From: Podarcis bocagei
Lineage: Eukaryota
DNA length: 64,000 nt
Reading direction: 5' to 3' (one strand)
Assembly: GCA_964188305.1 (NCBI GenBank)
Contig: OZ076889.1
Position numbers and translations under genes: made by a program
Shown here: in pieces, positions 36,901-47,689 of the stretch
How the letters are laid out: the number at the start of each line of letters is the position of its first letter
Position numbering within the stretch: the first letter of the stretch is position 1
Notes under the pieces: model-generated
What the model was told of the DNA's origin: nothing
The model's input: the letters and a program-made list of their open reading frames with translations, nothing else
Database searches by the model: none

Positions 36901-39238
36901 GAGATTGAGATCAAATGGCACCATGCTACACATTTTCTGAAATCTTAAACTATAGTAGGTATATGCAGGAGAGCCACCATGTTAAAAAGTATGGGTGGTA
37001 TCTGACTAAATCATACTTGAAACAGGCCCATCAAAATGAATGGGCAAGTTAACATTTGCCAGCTTAAGTCCATAGATTTCCATGAGTCTGCTCTGAAGAA
37101 GTCAGATACCATCCATTAATTGTTCATGTTTTTGACAATGCAAACATATTACTTGGACAGAGCAGAATTAGCGGCCAAATCCTTTAAAAACACACACACA
37201 CACACAATTTTCTAGATTTGTTTAGAAGTTTGCAACTATGAAGTCTTTGTGACTTTATTTGGGGAGTGTTACAGAACCATGCAAGCTGATGCAGAAATAG
37301 ATGCCTGCACATGAGAGGAGGCAAGAAACCAAGTTAACGGGATGCCTGTGCCAGAAGAACAGTATTTCATCTTTCCTCCTGGTGTGGGCTTACTGTCAAA
37401 TTGGTGCTTTGGGGTATCCTCTGTTAGACTCAGATACAACTTCTGTATTCAGAAATGTTGACCCACTCAAGGCGTGAACTGTAGAGCAGGTGCTCTGCTT
37501 TTCACAGTCAAGCTCTGGCCTGTTTTTGGTTGTTAATTAAAAATGCTTAGGAAAATGCTTGTCTTGTCTTCAACAACTTTCTGGGGAAAAATAGGAAGCT
37601 ACCTTAGAGTGCATCTAACCCTTAGTCCTAGTTCAGCATTGTACTTGCTGACTGGCAGTGGCTATCCAGGATATTAAGCAGAAGTCCTTTGCTGCCTATC
37701 CAGGAGATGCCATGGATTCAACCCGTGGCTTTTTGCAAGGAAAGCATGTGATCTACCACTGAATGGTGGTTTTTCTCCTATGCAACATGCTTTCCCTTAA
37801 GTGTAATATTTTGAAGCAGGGGTAGCAAACTGGCAGCCCACAGGCCTCTGAAATATCTCTCTCTGACTTGTAAGCAGCTGTACCAGATTTGAATGAAGGT
37901 ATGTTTTTCTTTTAAAAAAAGGTTGAAGAAAATATTATTTTAAAAACTGTAAGGGAGAAAGAGATCCCTTATTTTAATACCACACGATCCAAATGTAGTC
38001 CTTACTGCTAGGTGGCTGCTTTATTATAGAGTCATGGCATCCTTAAATGGGGTTGAGTTTTGTGGCAAAAATATGCTTCCTCCTTTGGACCATTGCTGGG
38101 AGAGTGGCTGTCAAGAGGTCATTTGTTTCATTTGCTGGTGTTCAGTCAAGACCGTCAGACATAAAAATATTGATACTGAATGCCTCATCCACTGACACCC
38201 CCCTTATTATTAAGTAAAATGTGCTAGAAAAAGTTCCTTATGGAACTTTCCTGCTTTAGGATTTAAAAGGGTTTATTTAAGTTCATTCTGTTCGTTTGTG
38301 TGGGAAGCCTTGCAGTCCAAGCCACTAGGCATTAGTGTTTGAGGTTCCATTTTGAATTCCAGGCTCCATCTTGGAGGAGACACAAGCTGCCTCCTCGTGG
38401 CTCATCCCAAACCTAATGATTTTAATCACTCAGAAGTGCCATCTACTCCCAGGAGGGATTGAGCTGTTAGGCAGCTCCCTGACTTACTGCTCTATTCCTA
38501 TTGAGGTTCAAAGCCTTCTTAGGCTCAAGTGCCATGCAACATATTTATATACAACTGTCTTGATTTAGGAAAAGATATAACTGTAAACATGGCTTTAGTC
38601 TCGGTATGAACTTGTAAGTAGCCATATCAAGACTCCATTGTTCAAAAGCACATTTCAACTTGTGCTTTTTAGTCTCTGGAAAATTTGAGCTCAGAAAAGG
38701 ACTGAACACTGTTCTGCTTCCTTGCCTTGCACAGAGCACAGATAATAAATTGATACCGAGCTGTAATCATTGCACACTTCCTGCCTCAACTGCCTGCCTG
38801 CTCTCCACATCCTCAATAATCCCTTCCCTTTTCCCATGCAGAGTTCACAGACAGCAAGTGTGCTTACTAGCTACAACACAAGTCTGTACAACTTCCTTAT
38901 TCCCTATACTTAAACCAGGTAAGCTTGCAGAAATCCCAGTGGCAGGGAATTACTGAGTTTCTCAAGGATCTTATCCAGTTCTGACATCCCTTTTTTAAAA
39001 AACATTTTTAAAGACTTCTAATCAGAAGCAGAGAAATGAAGCATCATAACATGTTGGACAAAAGCTTCCCCTTTAACCTCTCTGCGTCAGTTGGGAGTGG
39101 TCTTGTACAATCCAGCTTCTGGTGTTGCAGGTATCTGTGAGAGTCCTTTTAAAAATGTTGTTTTTTAATATTCAAAAATATTTGATTTTTGGTTTGGTGT
39201 TTCTTTTAGCAGGTGGTGGTATTTCAGAGCTATTATGA
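19056..39238 (+). CDS. RBBP5: RBBP5, WD40 core subunit of COMPASS/MLL H3K4 methyltransferase complexes; complete 14-exon CDS, 539 aa
   Basis: Exon lengths sum to 1620 nt, open from [19 protein letters not shown] to AGGGISELL*; near-identical to vertebrate RBBP5 as I recall it. Confidence 0.98.
21490..21515 (+). CDS. RBBP5: RBBP5 exon 2 (ESFGQNYPE)
   Basis: ttcag|AA TCA ... GAG|gtaaat, 26 nt. Confidence 0.93.
21864..22036 (+). CDS. RBBP5: RBBP5 exon 3
   Basis: ttcag|GAA GCT ... TTA TG|gtaaga, 173 nt. Confidence 0.96.
23148..23288 (+). CDS. RBBP5: RBBP5 exon 4
   Basis: tccag|T TGG AGT ... GAT CA|gtaagt, 141 nt. Confidence 0.96.
24344..24506 (+). CDS. RBBP5: RBBP5 exon 5
   Basis: tttag|A AAC AGG ... 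GGG AAG|gtgaga, 163 nt. Confidence 0.96.
24679..27735 (+). CDS. CR1 ORF2: APE endonuclease plus reverse transcriptase (first ~35 codons are flanking intron read in frame)
   Basis: Endonuclease motifs YTNAQS, GITETW, MGDFN, LDLVL, SDH; RT motifs [21 protein letters not shown]; no stops or frameshifts. Confidence 0.95.
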   Translation: MILSKIYFGFDEATGYTLSKIDYAEKIILFRNYLIPHQEGFKLTNVGEGDSAPEGRSLSINEDDHPNVIDQMEQTARGPSGGRKKSLNKRHGGMINGLQCLYTNAQSMGNKQDELELLVQQTKYDIIGITETWWDKSHDWNVIMGGYNLFQRNRPDKKGGGVVLYVRDVYTCEEIQDLEPQSQCESIWVKIKGEKNNRDLIVGVYYRSPSQTEDIDDAFLEQMAKHAKGREIVVMGDFNYPDICWTSNSAKSIRSNRFLTGLADNFIVQKVGEATRGTAILDLVLTNVDDLVSGVEVEGSLGASDHALLKFTIQRKGAAKHTRTQFLDFKKADFIKLREVLGEIPWTAILKGKGVHDGWEFVKREIVKAQRQAIPMRRKHGRCLKKPGWLSKELLTELRLKKDVYKKWKRGETTKEEFKQIARTCRHKVRKAKAQNELRLAREVKSNKKGFYGYVRSKRKNKETVGSLRGEDGEMQTGDTERAELLNAFFASVFSDKENNARPEEFGANDSAKETQPRITKETVQEYLASLDVFKSPGPDELHPRVLKELADVISEPLAVIFEKSWRTGEVPADWRRANVVPIFKKGKREDPNNYRPVSLTSIAGKILEQIIKQTVCEHLERNAVITNSQHGFLKNKSCQTNLISFFDRITSLVDEGNSVDIAYLDFSKAFDKVPHDILVKKLVKCGLDSATTQWICNWLTDRTQRVLINGSSSSWRRVTSGVPQGSVLGPVLFNIFINDLDDGLKGILIKFADDTKLGGVANTPEDRITLQNDLDRLENWAKTNKMNFNREKCKVLHLGKKNERHKYKMGDTWLESSTCEKDLGVLVDHKLDMSQQCDAAAKKANAILGCINRSIASRSREVIVPLYSALVRPHLEYCVQFWAPQFKKDTDKLERVQRRATKMVKGLETMPYEERLRELGMFSLEKRRLRGDMIAMFKYIKGCHIEEGERLFSAAPEKRTRSNGSKLQERRFHLNIRKNFLTVRAVRQWNLLPRSVVESPTLEVFKQRLDNHMSGVL
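24785..27823 (+). mobile_element. CR1 LINE, 5'-truncated at the very end of ORF1, with intact ORF2 and 3' tail, in RBBP5 intron 5
   Basis: CTC ATC AGG AGG GCT TTA AAC TGA (LIRRALN*, CR1 ORF1-type terminus) at 24785-24808; uninterrupted ORF2; short 3' UTR ending in the (TTCTATGA)n octamer at 27792-27823. Confidence 0.96.
27927..27962 (+). repeat. (AC)18 microsatellite
   Basis: Perfect dinucleotide run. Confidence 0.95.
28611..28720 (+). CDS. RBBP5: RBBP5 exon 6
   Basis: gttag|ATC TTG ... GGA AG|gtgagt, 110 nt. Confidence 0.96.
29154..29273 (+). CDS. RBBP5: RBBP5 exon 7
   Basis: ctcag|T TGC TTT ... AAC AG|gtagga, 120 nt. Confidence 0.96.
30733..30886 (+). CDS. RBBP5: RBBP5 exon 8
   Basis: tgcag|G ACG CCT TGG ... 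GTG GCA|gtaagt, 154 nt. Confidence 0.96.
30989..31060 (+). CDS. RBBP5: RBBP5 exon 9
   Basis: tctag|TGG CAT ... CAA GTG|gtaagt, 72 nt. Confidence 0.96.
31504..31621 (+). CDS. RBBP5: RBBP5 exon 10 ([10 protein letters not shown]..., acidic segment)
   Basis: cttag|GAA AAC ... ACA G|gtaaag, 118 nt. Confidence 0.96.
31892..32217. mobile_element. Tc1/mariner (pogo-like) MITE with partly deleted left end
   Basis: TA-CCATA...AATATAAGCCGCAC at left; repeated G(C/T)GGCTTATATT units and ...AATACGG-TA at right; GC-rich interior. Confidence 0.65.
33310..33379 (+). CDS. RBBP5: RBBP5 exon 11 (EEVDV WDR5-binding motif)
   Basis: atcag|GT GCT GAT ... AGC AG|gtgaat, 70 nt. Confidence 0.95.
34292..34521 (+). 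CDS. RBBP5: RBBP5 exon 12
   Basis: ggcag|C GAT GAA ... GAT G|gtgagg, 230 nt. Confidence 0.96.
34673..34927. mobile_element. hAT-like MITE
   Basis: TIR TAGGGTTGCC(G/A)TA; degenerate 8-bp TSD AGATAAGC/ACTTAAGC; internal AAGTTGTTGA x3. Confidence 0.75.
35448..35642 (+). CDS. RBBP5: RBBP5 exon 13
   Basis: tgcag|AA GTC CAT ... CCA G|gtaagg, 195 nt; internal alternative donor AAAG|GTAAAG after 35525. Confidence 0.95.
37591..37778 (-). mobile_element. tRNA-derived SINE (Squam3-like), degenerate
   Basis: Reverse complement resembles 15882-16073 and 56118-56302. Confidence 0.6.
39210..39238 (+). CDS. RBBP5: RBBP5 last coding exon (AGGGISELL*)
   Basis: tttag|CA GGT GGT GGT ATT TCA GAG CTA TTA TGA; tandem TAGCAG (NAGNAG) acceptor. 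Confidence 0.93.
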
Positions 39239-40737
39239 AGACTTCCCAACCTTCCTCACCTTTCCTTATTCAGTCAGATAATGGACTGACTTTAAGCTAC
39301 TATGGTCAGGACAAGTGACCTGGCTACCTATGGATACAGGGGACATTAAAAAAAGAAGAAAATGCAATTTATGGAAGAGGAAAATGCTTTCCCCCAATCC
39401 TCTCTTCCTGCTAACAGTGAACAAACTGTTGACTCTCAGGAAAGAAGATTTGTAGAGAACCTGATGGAAAGGAACTGCTTTTTGCTGGTTAGTCTGCATT
39501 TGCTCCCCAAAGTACAATGAAGTCTGTCACAGGACGAGAAGACCTGCTTGCCTCCAAGTTTAAGGTCTTTTAGTTTCTGTTGCATCATTCAATTCTCAAG
39601 AGGATGATTGTCGTGTCTCCATGAAGACCCATCATGCTGCTGTGGATCCCAGCACATTCCTATTGCAGTGTTGCTAGTTTAAGCAAACTACTCTTTGCAC
39701 CATTATTTTCTCTGCATTATTCACACTGGTTTGCATTGACTTGGTAGACATGCTTTTTAGGTACCCTTTATACAGCAAGACAACTTACCTTACAGGTTGC
39801 CTACTTTTGCCGGTTTGGAACAGACATTTGGAATCCAAATGACTCCAAAGAGGTTTATAACTGATTGGATACTGATTGCAAGAACCAGGGAGGGCAGAGT
39901 GGATGTATATCTAGAGAGAAAGAAGAGGGTTGGGATGATGTTGGGCCAAAGCGTGAGTGGCATACGTCTCGGCATGTTTCCATGCTGGACTTCTACAGCT
40001 CAAGAGACGCTCGTTTTCCCTCCACTCGAGGATGTGCCAGGCAAACGAGCATCTCCCTGGGAATGTTTAGATGAATCTGCACACAAGACATGGGAATATA
40101 CTGCTTAAGTCATTTATGTTTCTGCTTTGTGTGCTATCCAAAGCCATCCAGAGAGTTCCATTTTTGGCTTGGCCTGTATTAGAAAAGATTGCATCCTGCA
40201 TTTTCATTTCTTGCCATTGCAGTTGTTTATCCAAAGTCTTATCAGTCTCCTAAATCAGGAGATTTATCCCCCCCCCCCCCGCCTACCCAATCTCCAGAAT
40301 ATACATGAGCATCTTGCAGGAGGTTCAATTGGCCCATGGGAGGCATTGGGAAATGCAGAGATAAAACTTGCAAACTAACTTCAAAATATTGATTTGAAGT
40401 CCCATATATTGTATTGTATGATATAATTTATGCCATCCCCAACCACCAGGTGTTCTGTGCAGCCTTCCGCTGTATAGTCCTACTACTTTCTACCTGCCAG
40501 TCCATCCAAAGATGGGAAGGCTGCTTGGGTAGCAATCACTGCTCTGCATAATATGGTGCCCTGGATTCCAACCAGCTTCTGCAGGTTTCTCTACTTCAGT
40601 GTCCATCGCTTAGTTTTCTTTCAGGCTTGCTTTAATTATTTTGATATTCCTGTAGCTTGTACAAAACCTGCCAGATAGTGTGATTGGTTGCTAGTTATTC
40701 ATAAAGTACTGCTGTGATAGTAGCATTTGTGTTTGTA

Positions 40738-40761
40738 AATAAAGAAGTATGTTTTATTAAA
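40738..40761 (+). terminator. RBBP5: Candidate RBBP5 poly(A) signals
   Basis: AATAAA at 40738-40743 and ATTAAA at 40756-40761, followed by U/GU-rich sequence, about 1.5 kb after the stop. Confidence 0.55.
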
Positions 40762-42535
40762 CCACATGAATCATGTTTTTCCCTTCTCTCTCCACCCCAC
40801 CCATTTTGTGTGTGTGGAGAGCAGGTCTTTTAGGAACGTCCATGACCCAGATTTTATTTCTGCTAGTAATAAATTTATCACCTGCCCTTCACCAGCAGCT
40901 CCCAGAATTAATTCAGAATGAGAAACAGTTAAAACATGTCACAAGAATAATAAAAATAAATAAATGCACACACTATTTATACGTCCTGCAGAGGATTATG
41001 ATGTTGATGTGTATTTTTTTACATTTGCCATTAGAACTCTAGGGACAAATCAGCTAGCTTCCTGGTTCAGTATAGTCTTCTTAATATCATCTTTACAATA
41101 CACTATGCCAGTATGAATGTAATAGTTTGGCATTGCTGGCATGATGCTACAGTTGGAACAGCTGGTTTGTGACATCACAATTTGATAACTGCAATGGCAT
41201 CGCAGAGGCATTAATGACTGAATGAACACTGAAGAAAAGAGCAGGGGTCAGATCCTTCTCTCTTAATGGTTAGTTTGGAAAAATGGTAAACTGCTTGACT
41301 GATGAAGTCCTGATGTTCCTCGTCTGCAGTGCTGCAAATTTGAAACTACCTGCAAATTCAAAACTAATCTTTGTAATTTCTTGTAGTTTGGTAGTATTTT
41401 CAATTTGAATCCACAATGCACAAGTCACTGTTGCGTAAGTATCGCTTCTTGTTTTGCCTGCTTTCTGTGGTACCAGATTTACGAGTGGGTGGGTAGAGTA
41501 AGATTATTGGTAGAATTTGGGGTTAGTGCAAGGTAGTCATCAAACTCCATCCTGGTTCTGGCGTCATACATCTACAATAGTTGAGTCCCCGCCCCCCACA
41601 TTTATTCAGATGCTCTCTTCCCCTCCAGGCAGGTCTGCTATAGCGATCTGTGCAGTTGGAGAGCATTTCTTTCCATACTGGCCTCAGCTGGCAGGACTAG
41701 AGAGCTATTGACAAGCCAGAGCAGTGTGCTAAATGAATGAACTAAGAGTTTTATTCAGTGTATAGCAGCTTCATACTTTCCTATGGTTTGTGATGTTTGG
41801 AAAACTATAGTACATTTCAGACTAGAGACCTCAAATCAAAATTCCAGGGCAGGCCTCTTGTCGGAGTTCACTTCTGCTGAAAGTTTGTTTAGGAACTACA
41901 ATAATTGTGCTCCTACTACTCTTCCTGAAGTACCTTTTACACACATCTATTGTCACAGGTCATAAAATCTATATTGGTAAAGTAGTAACATTGAAACTGG
42001 TCCCTGGTTTTGTCTGTCTTTAAAGTTGGTATGTTAAAATGGAAAACACTCTTTACAGCAAGGCAGTAAAGAGAAACCAGTTGGGGGATCCAGGAAGTTT
42101 TTTGTTTTTTTGTTTACTGTTGTGCTGCTTCTGTCTTTTTCTATAATTTTTCAGAGAAGCACCTGATCTTGAGTGACTCAGTATTGGTTTTGGATTGTGG
42201 TGAAAGTACCATAAAGCTGTGAGGCTGCAATCCAATGCATATATTAGCAGATGTGAAGTCGCTGTGGCTCTCCAGATATTTCTGGACTCCAAGCCCAGCT
42301 GGTAAAACGAAAGATTGGTGGTGACAGGAATTATAGTCCAATAACAGCTTGGAGGGCTACAACTGTCCCAGCTCTGGGCTGTAGGATTGCAATCATAATT
42401 AATTTACTAAGTTCTGCTGATTTGTTGATTATGCTAAGCTTTTTTTATGTGATATGATTGTGCTAGGGAGGCTGTGTCTGCCTGAACATGCCACCCAGAG
42501 ATTGACTTAACAAAGCATTGCATAGCACTGTGCTA

Positions 42536-42625
42536 CATAGCTGTTAATGTTTCCCATTTTTTAAGGGAAATTCCCTTATTCCGAATAGGATTCCTGTCAA
42601 GAAAAGGTAAAAGTTGACAGCTATG
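42536..42625 (+). mobile_element. 90-bp hAT MITE upstream of TMEM81 (same family as 18351-18439)
   Basis: TIR CATAGCTGT...ACAGCTATG; 8-bp TSD CTGTGCTA at 42528-42535 and 42626-42633. Confidence 0.9.
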
Positions 42626-42868
42626 CTGTGCTACTAATTGCACCTTCCTGCTTAACTTTGCTCACCTTTTGAATAAGTTTCTTTCCCTTGGCAGGATGCC
42701 ACCTGGCTGCTTTTTGTATTCCAAGAATGTCTTACGGCTGGGGAGCAGGTTCAGGAAAAGGCATCTGTTTCACACCACAGAAACATTTATGATATTTTTA
42801 ACAAAGGATGATATTCAGGAGGTCATATAATGAGGCCGCCCAATGGATTGTAAAAGGACTCTCCAAGT

Positions 42869-43663
42869 ATGATGGCTACAGAATCTGGCTTGGCCCTGGG
42901 CACATTGGCCTTTGCTTTCTTTGTACCGCTGTCGGTGGCTTCTCATGAGGCAGTGACCATTCCCAAAGCCCTAATAACGGCTTCGGGAAGAGTTATAGTC
43001 AGTTCCACAAGCTGCAGCGTCACCTGTGGGCTGGGTTACAAGGAAGAAGAGTCATGTGAGATTAGGCCTGATGGGCAAAGGAGAGGCTGCAAACGACGGA
43101 AGGTGGACTGTTTGAACAGTTGGATCTGTGGGATGCGGCACTTCACCGCCCTGGTGGGCAGGCCGTTCGAGATCAGCTGCCTAAGCACTGCGGAGATAGG
43201 TCCCGACACCCAGAGCTTCAGCTACACATGGAGGCTGGCTCGAGGCATCATCACAACAGACAATACTCTCTTTGCCCCTTTCAAGAATCCTGGCTTTGTC
43301 ATTAAGCTTTACCCCGCTGAGGAATACGATGCGGGGACGTACAGGTGCGATGTGCAGTTCATGAAAAATTACAAGGTTGTCAAGAGAATCTACTTTGGAC
43401 TTCGTGTGATCCCTGGCGACATGGTGGATTTGAATTTTGACAAATCCTTAACGCTGGAACAGCAATCAGAAAGTGAAAATAACCAACAGAACGCCACCAG
43501 CATGCCAGCTCAGGGTCGGTGGGGCTCATGGCGCCAGAGGGCTGTGTTTGTGTTTCTGGTTGGCATTGGAAGCGGCTTGGTGCTCGGGGCTGTGCTGCAC
43601 AGCCTTCTCTACTGTGTCCTGTGCCCCAACCCCCATGAAAACGATGAACGTGATGGGGAATGA
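42869..43663 (+). CDS. TMEM81: TMEM81 transmembrane protein 81, single coding exon, 264 aa
   Basis: Signal peptide, CSVTCGLG motif, Ig-like domain (C...W...DAGTYRCDV), C-terminal TM helix; syntenic position between RBBP5 and CNTN2; AATAAA at 43806. Confidence 0.93.
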   Translation: MMATESGLALGTLAFAFFVPLSVASHEAVTIPKALITASGRVIVSSTSCSVTCGLGYKEEESCEIRPDGQRRGCKRRKVDCLNSWICGMRHFTALVGRPFEISCLSTAEIGPDTQSFSYTWRLARGIITTDNTLFAPFKNPGFVIKLYPAEEYDAGTYRCDVQFMKNYKVVKRIYFGLRVIPGDMVDLNFDKSLTLEQQSESENNQQNATSMPAQGRWGSWRQRAVFVFLVGIGSGLVLGAVLHSLLYCVLCPNPHENDERDGE

Positions 43664-46600
43664 TATGTGCCGTTTTGTAGACTTGCTATATTAGATTGCT
43701 CTTGTACATTACAATTTCACTATGTTAATCTTATCATTTCAGGCTTATGAAGATCATTTGGTGACATTAATCATAAACATAGTTCCATTTGATTTATTAC
43801 AGAGTAATAAAATTCCATCCTGTGCCTTAATGGTAAAAGGTTAAGTGTGGGGAAACTGTTTTCTGCCCACAGGCCACATTTTCTCATAGACAATGTTCAG
43901 GGGGCCACATAACGATGGTGGGTGGGGCCAGAGGGGAAAGTGGGTAGGATAAAGGATGAGACTGTTACAGTAGGCTGCATTCCAGCTACGAAAAAGCCAG
44001 AGGTTTCTACACTTGCCCACATAACAAACCAACCTCTCCATAATGCAAGAGGTATCAGAGTTCATGGACATATGCCATGCAGGAATAAGCACTTGAGGAG
44101 GATACTGGGGAGGGGGCCTGCCAAGGGGCGTGGCCTAGATAGAGAGCCACACATGCCCTTCAAGTCTGAGGTGCCCAACCGCTGGTTTGAAGCCAAAACC
44201 TCTGAAAGGTAGTGCAAAATCTGGGAATCTGTAACAGCTAGTGGGTTCTGTGGTAAGAGTACATGCTTTGCCTGAGCTACACTACTGCCTTGGTGGGTGA
44301 GCAGTTGACATTCTCTTGGGAATAATATCTGGGAATTTGATGGATGTTCCTTTCCTGTAAGGTGGGTTCCTTGGCCAAATTCATGACAGGTTCTTTCTAT
44401 GACAAGTGGGCCTCAGTGTGACAGGGAGCTAAGTGGTCCAGACATGCAGACGACACCTTAAAAGGGAAAAACCTAATGTTTTCTTCTTATTGGCTCCCAA
44501 TACATTTCGGCATTAGCTTGCAGGGGTTTTTTTTAATTTCTCATGAAAATTCTGTATGGTTCCCATGCAAATTTCTCACAATAGACACATATTTGCTAAC
44601 AAATTTCCCTAATAGCATGCATTGAATGTTATTTTTCACTAAGCTAATGTGTTTCTATACACAGGTTCTCCTGTACACACATTTTTGCACACGTTATTTG
44701 GTTGGAAAACTCCCAACACAAAATTCAGAGACGTCCAAATTTCAGAGAGGAGCTGTGCTTTTGTTTGGATGTTTTGGGAAGTGTGAATCAGGTAGGTTTG
44801 CATTAAAATCCCAACCAAACTTCTCCTTCCATCCCTCCCAGCATAGTTCAGACAATTTGAACCGCCTTTCCACCCCTGAAGGCATAATTGAAATTTAGGG
44901 GAGTACTGCACCCCCTGAAAAAAATTGCATAGTGTATCTATGCATTTGCACAATTTCCCATGGTTGCCATCTCAGAGATTTCCCCAACATTTCAATACAG
45001 GATGGTATATTTGCCAGGGTGGGTGGTGGCTATGTTTCAGCTTAACGAAGACCCCATCCCCACTCTTACCCTGATTGCCTTTCTTTGTCCAGCTAGTGGG
45101 GATATCAGCACTGTCTTTACTTTTTCTGGCTCACACTTCCAACCTCTTGCTCAAATCATTCCCAACTTCTGGTTGAAAGAAATACACGTTTGGAAATAAG
45201 TCACAACGGAGATGTTCACTGAAGTCTTTTTGAAGATCTTTATTTAAGAACTGCGTGCTACTGTAGCCAATAAGTAACATTAATCATAATCTGCTTACAA
45301 TGCTTGGGGGCTTTTTTTTAGTTGTTCTATTCATTTCTTTAAAAAAATAGTGTACAACAAAATTACTGAGAATGTACTTGCGCCACCCCCATTTCCTGTA
45401 CAATGAAACTGGAATAGAAGAGGCAAAGGAGAGTTCTTGAAGATAGTGTAAGGTTTTCAAGTTAAGTGCGAGGAAGCCAGACCCCAGATTAGTGATTAGG
45501 CAAAGCCAGAAGAAAAATGTCTTCCATGGGTGGCCAATGTGATCCCCTCACTTGAGGCTGTGAACTGCAACTTTCATCAATCACCCAGGGCCATTGGCAG
45601 TGCTGGTTGGGTTTGCTGAGGGCAGCAGTCCACACCTTGAGGCCACCACATGGGCTGCTCCTGCTGTAGTCAGTATCAAAAGCTTGGGAGTCCACATCAG
45701 TTGTGTCATTGCGATGTGGCTTTGGTGAGCTCCACTGCAATCTATAGAGTAGGGGTGGCCAACATGGTGCCTGCCAGATGTTGTTAGACTCCAGCTCCCA
45801 TCATCCCTAGCAAGCTTGGCCAGTTAGAAATGACAAGAGTTGTAGTCCAAAACACCTGGAGAAAGCTAGGTTGGGGGAGGCCACAGACTACATTCAGCTT
45901 GTGTTAAGTTAATGGCCATGTTACCTGGAATGGGCACATCCTTCCCTTTCCATACATGGTCTTTGGAACAAGTGAATGACCACGTGCTGTTGCAGTTACC
46001 TAAGGCTTCAAAGGGTTGCTTCAAAACAGAGAAAGCAGGAATCCTTCCAAACAAAACCATACCATGCATACCACAGAACACATCAATGACACCCCTGACC
46101 TTGCTTGACCTTCACGTTCAAATCAGATGGAGAAAACCTTACTACCATCAGTGGATGAAAGCAGTGAAAGGCAGGCAGGCAAAACACGTTATTTGTGAAA
46201 AATAAAAATGCCAGTCTAAGTGTGGATAAAAAAAATGAAAATGAAAAACAGTGTGGATCATGCCTTAGTGAATTATTGTACTTAGCAGTCAAACTAATCA
46301 AACCATGCTGTGTAATGGACACAGCTATAATGGGGAAAATATATATGTATATTTATATATATCTTGGGGATATATATAAAGGGGAAAGTTGTATTGTATT
46401 CTGGTATTCAGTTCCTAACAGCCCTGATCCAGGGAATCTCAACTGCAAGAGGAGGATACAGAACTGCGGCAGCATTCAGGAAGCTGTTCCCTGCACACCC
46501 ACAATGTGACCAGCACTGATCTCCCACTAGGTGACTGGCAGGAGGGGCACTGAGCCTAAGGTGGGCACTTGCTTCTCTCTGATGAAAGTAGGGATGGGGA

Positions 46601-47236
46601 ACCCATGGCTTTTTAGATATTGTTGGACTATACCTCCCATCATACCCAATTACTGACCATGCTGGGAGTTGGAGTCTAATAACACCAAGAGGGCCACAGC
46701 CTTCCCACCGCTGGAACAATCCTTGGCATTACTAGTGATGCCAAGCTGCATGGGGAAAACCTCTGTAGGTCCAGAGTGCAGATTTGTCAATGTCATGGGA
46801 AAATGCTTAAGGGTGGGCAGGCTTCAGTTTTGCAGTATCCACTTTTTGGATTGGGAGGGAAAGGAGCAAAGGACATACACTTGCAGCGTATTGCTACGCA
46901 AATTTGCTCAGAGGCAGATATGTATCAGATAGGAGCTTCAGGACTGAATAAAGGAAAATATATTAAAATGAAAGCAGCAATACGAAAACCCACAAATCCA
47001 CACCTGAATACAAGCTCATAGATGACAGTTTGGGGAACCCCTGATCTAGCTTCAGTCTTTTCACTAACACTGTAAAGTAAGCCAGCATTATTGCAGGTAT
47101 AGACTGAGAGTAGACCAGCTAAGACAACACAATGAGTTAATGACAGAGATTTGATTCAAACCATGGACTTCATAGGTCCCTTTAGCCACTATGTTTACCC
47201 CCAGCTCTCTGGGACCCAGAAATCTTTGCCAATCTA

Positions 47237-47607
47237 GGTAAAGGTAAAAGACCCCTGGATGGTTAAGTCCAGTCAAAGGCAACTGGGGTTGCGTTACTAA
47301 TCTCGCTTTCAGGCTGAGGGAGCTGGCGTTTATCCACAGACAGTTTTCCCGGTCATGTGGCCAGCATGACTAATCAGCTTCTGGCGCAACGGAGCACTGA
47401 CGGGAACCAGAGCACACAAAAATGCCGTTTACCTTCCCACCGCAGCGGTACCTATTTATCTACTTGCACTGGCGTGCTTTTGAACTGCTAGGTTAGCAGA
47501 AGCAGAGCAATAGGAGCTCACCCCGCCATGGGGATTCGAACCGCCGACCTTCCAATCGGCAAGCCCAAGAGGCTCAGTGGTTTAGACCACAGCGCCACCC
47601 GTGTCCC
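47237..47607 (-). mobile_element. Sauria SINE (Squam1-like), full length
   Basis: Reverse complement starts GGGACACGGGTGGCGCTGTGGTCTAAACC and ends with an (ACCTTT)n-type tail; TSD AATCTA at 47231-47236 and 47608-47613. Confidence 0.9.
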
Positions 47608-47689
47608 AATCTACTGCAAGTCCTCAAGACAGCTATCAGTAGATGCCTCTCTACTGTTCACTTGCCTGAAAACACTGATACAGTATAAA

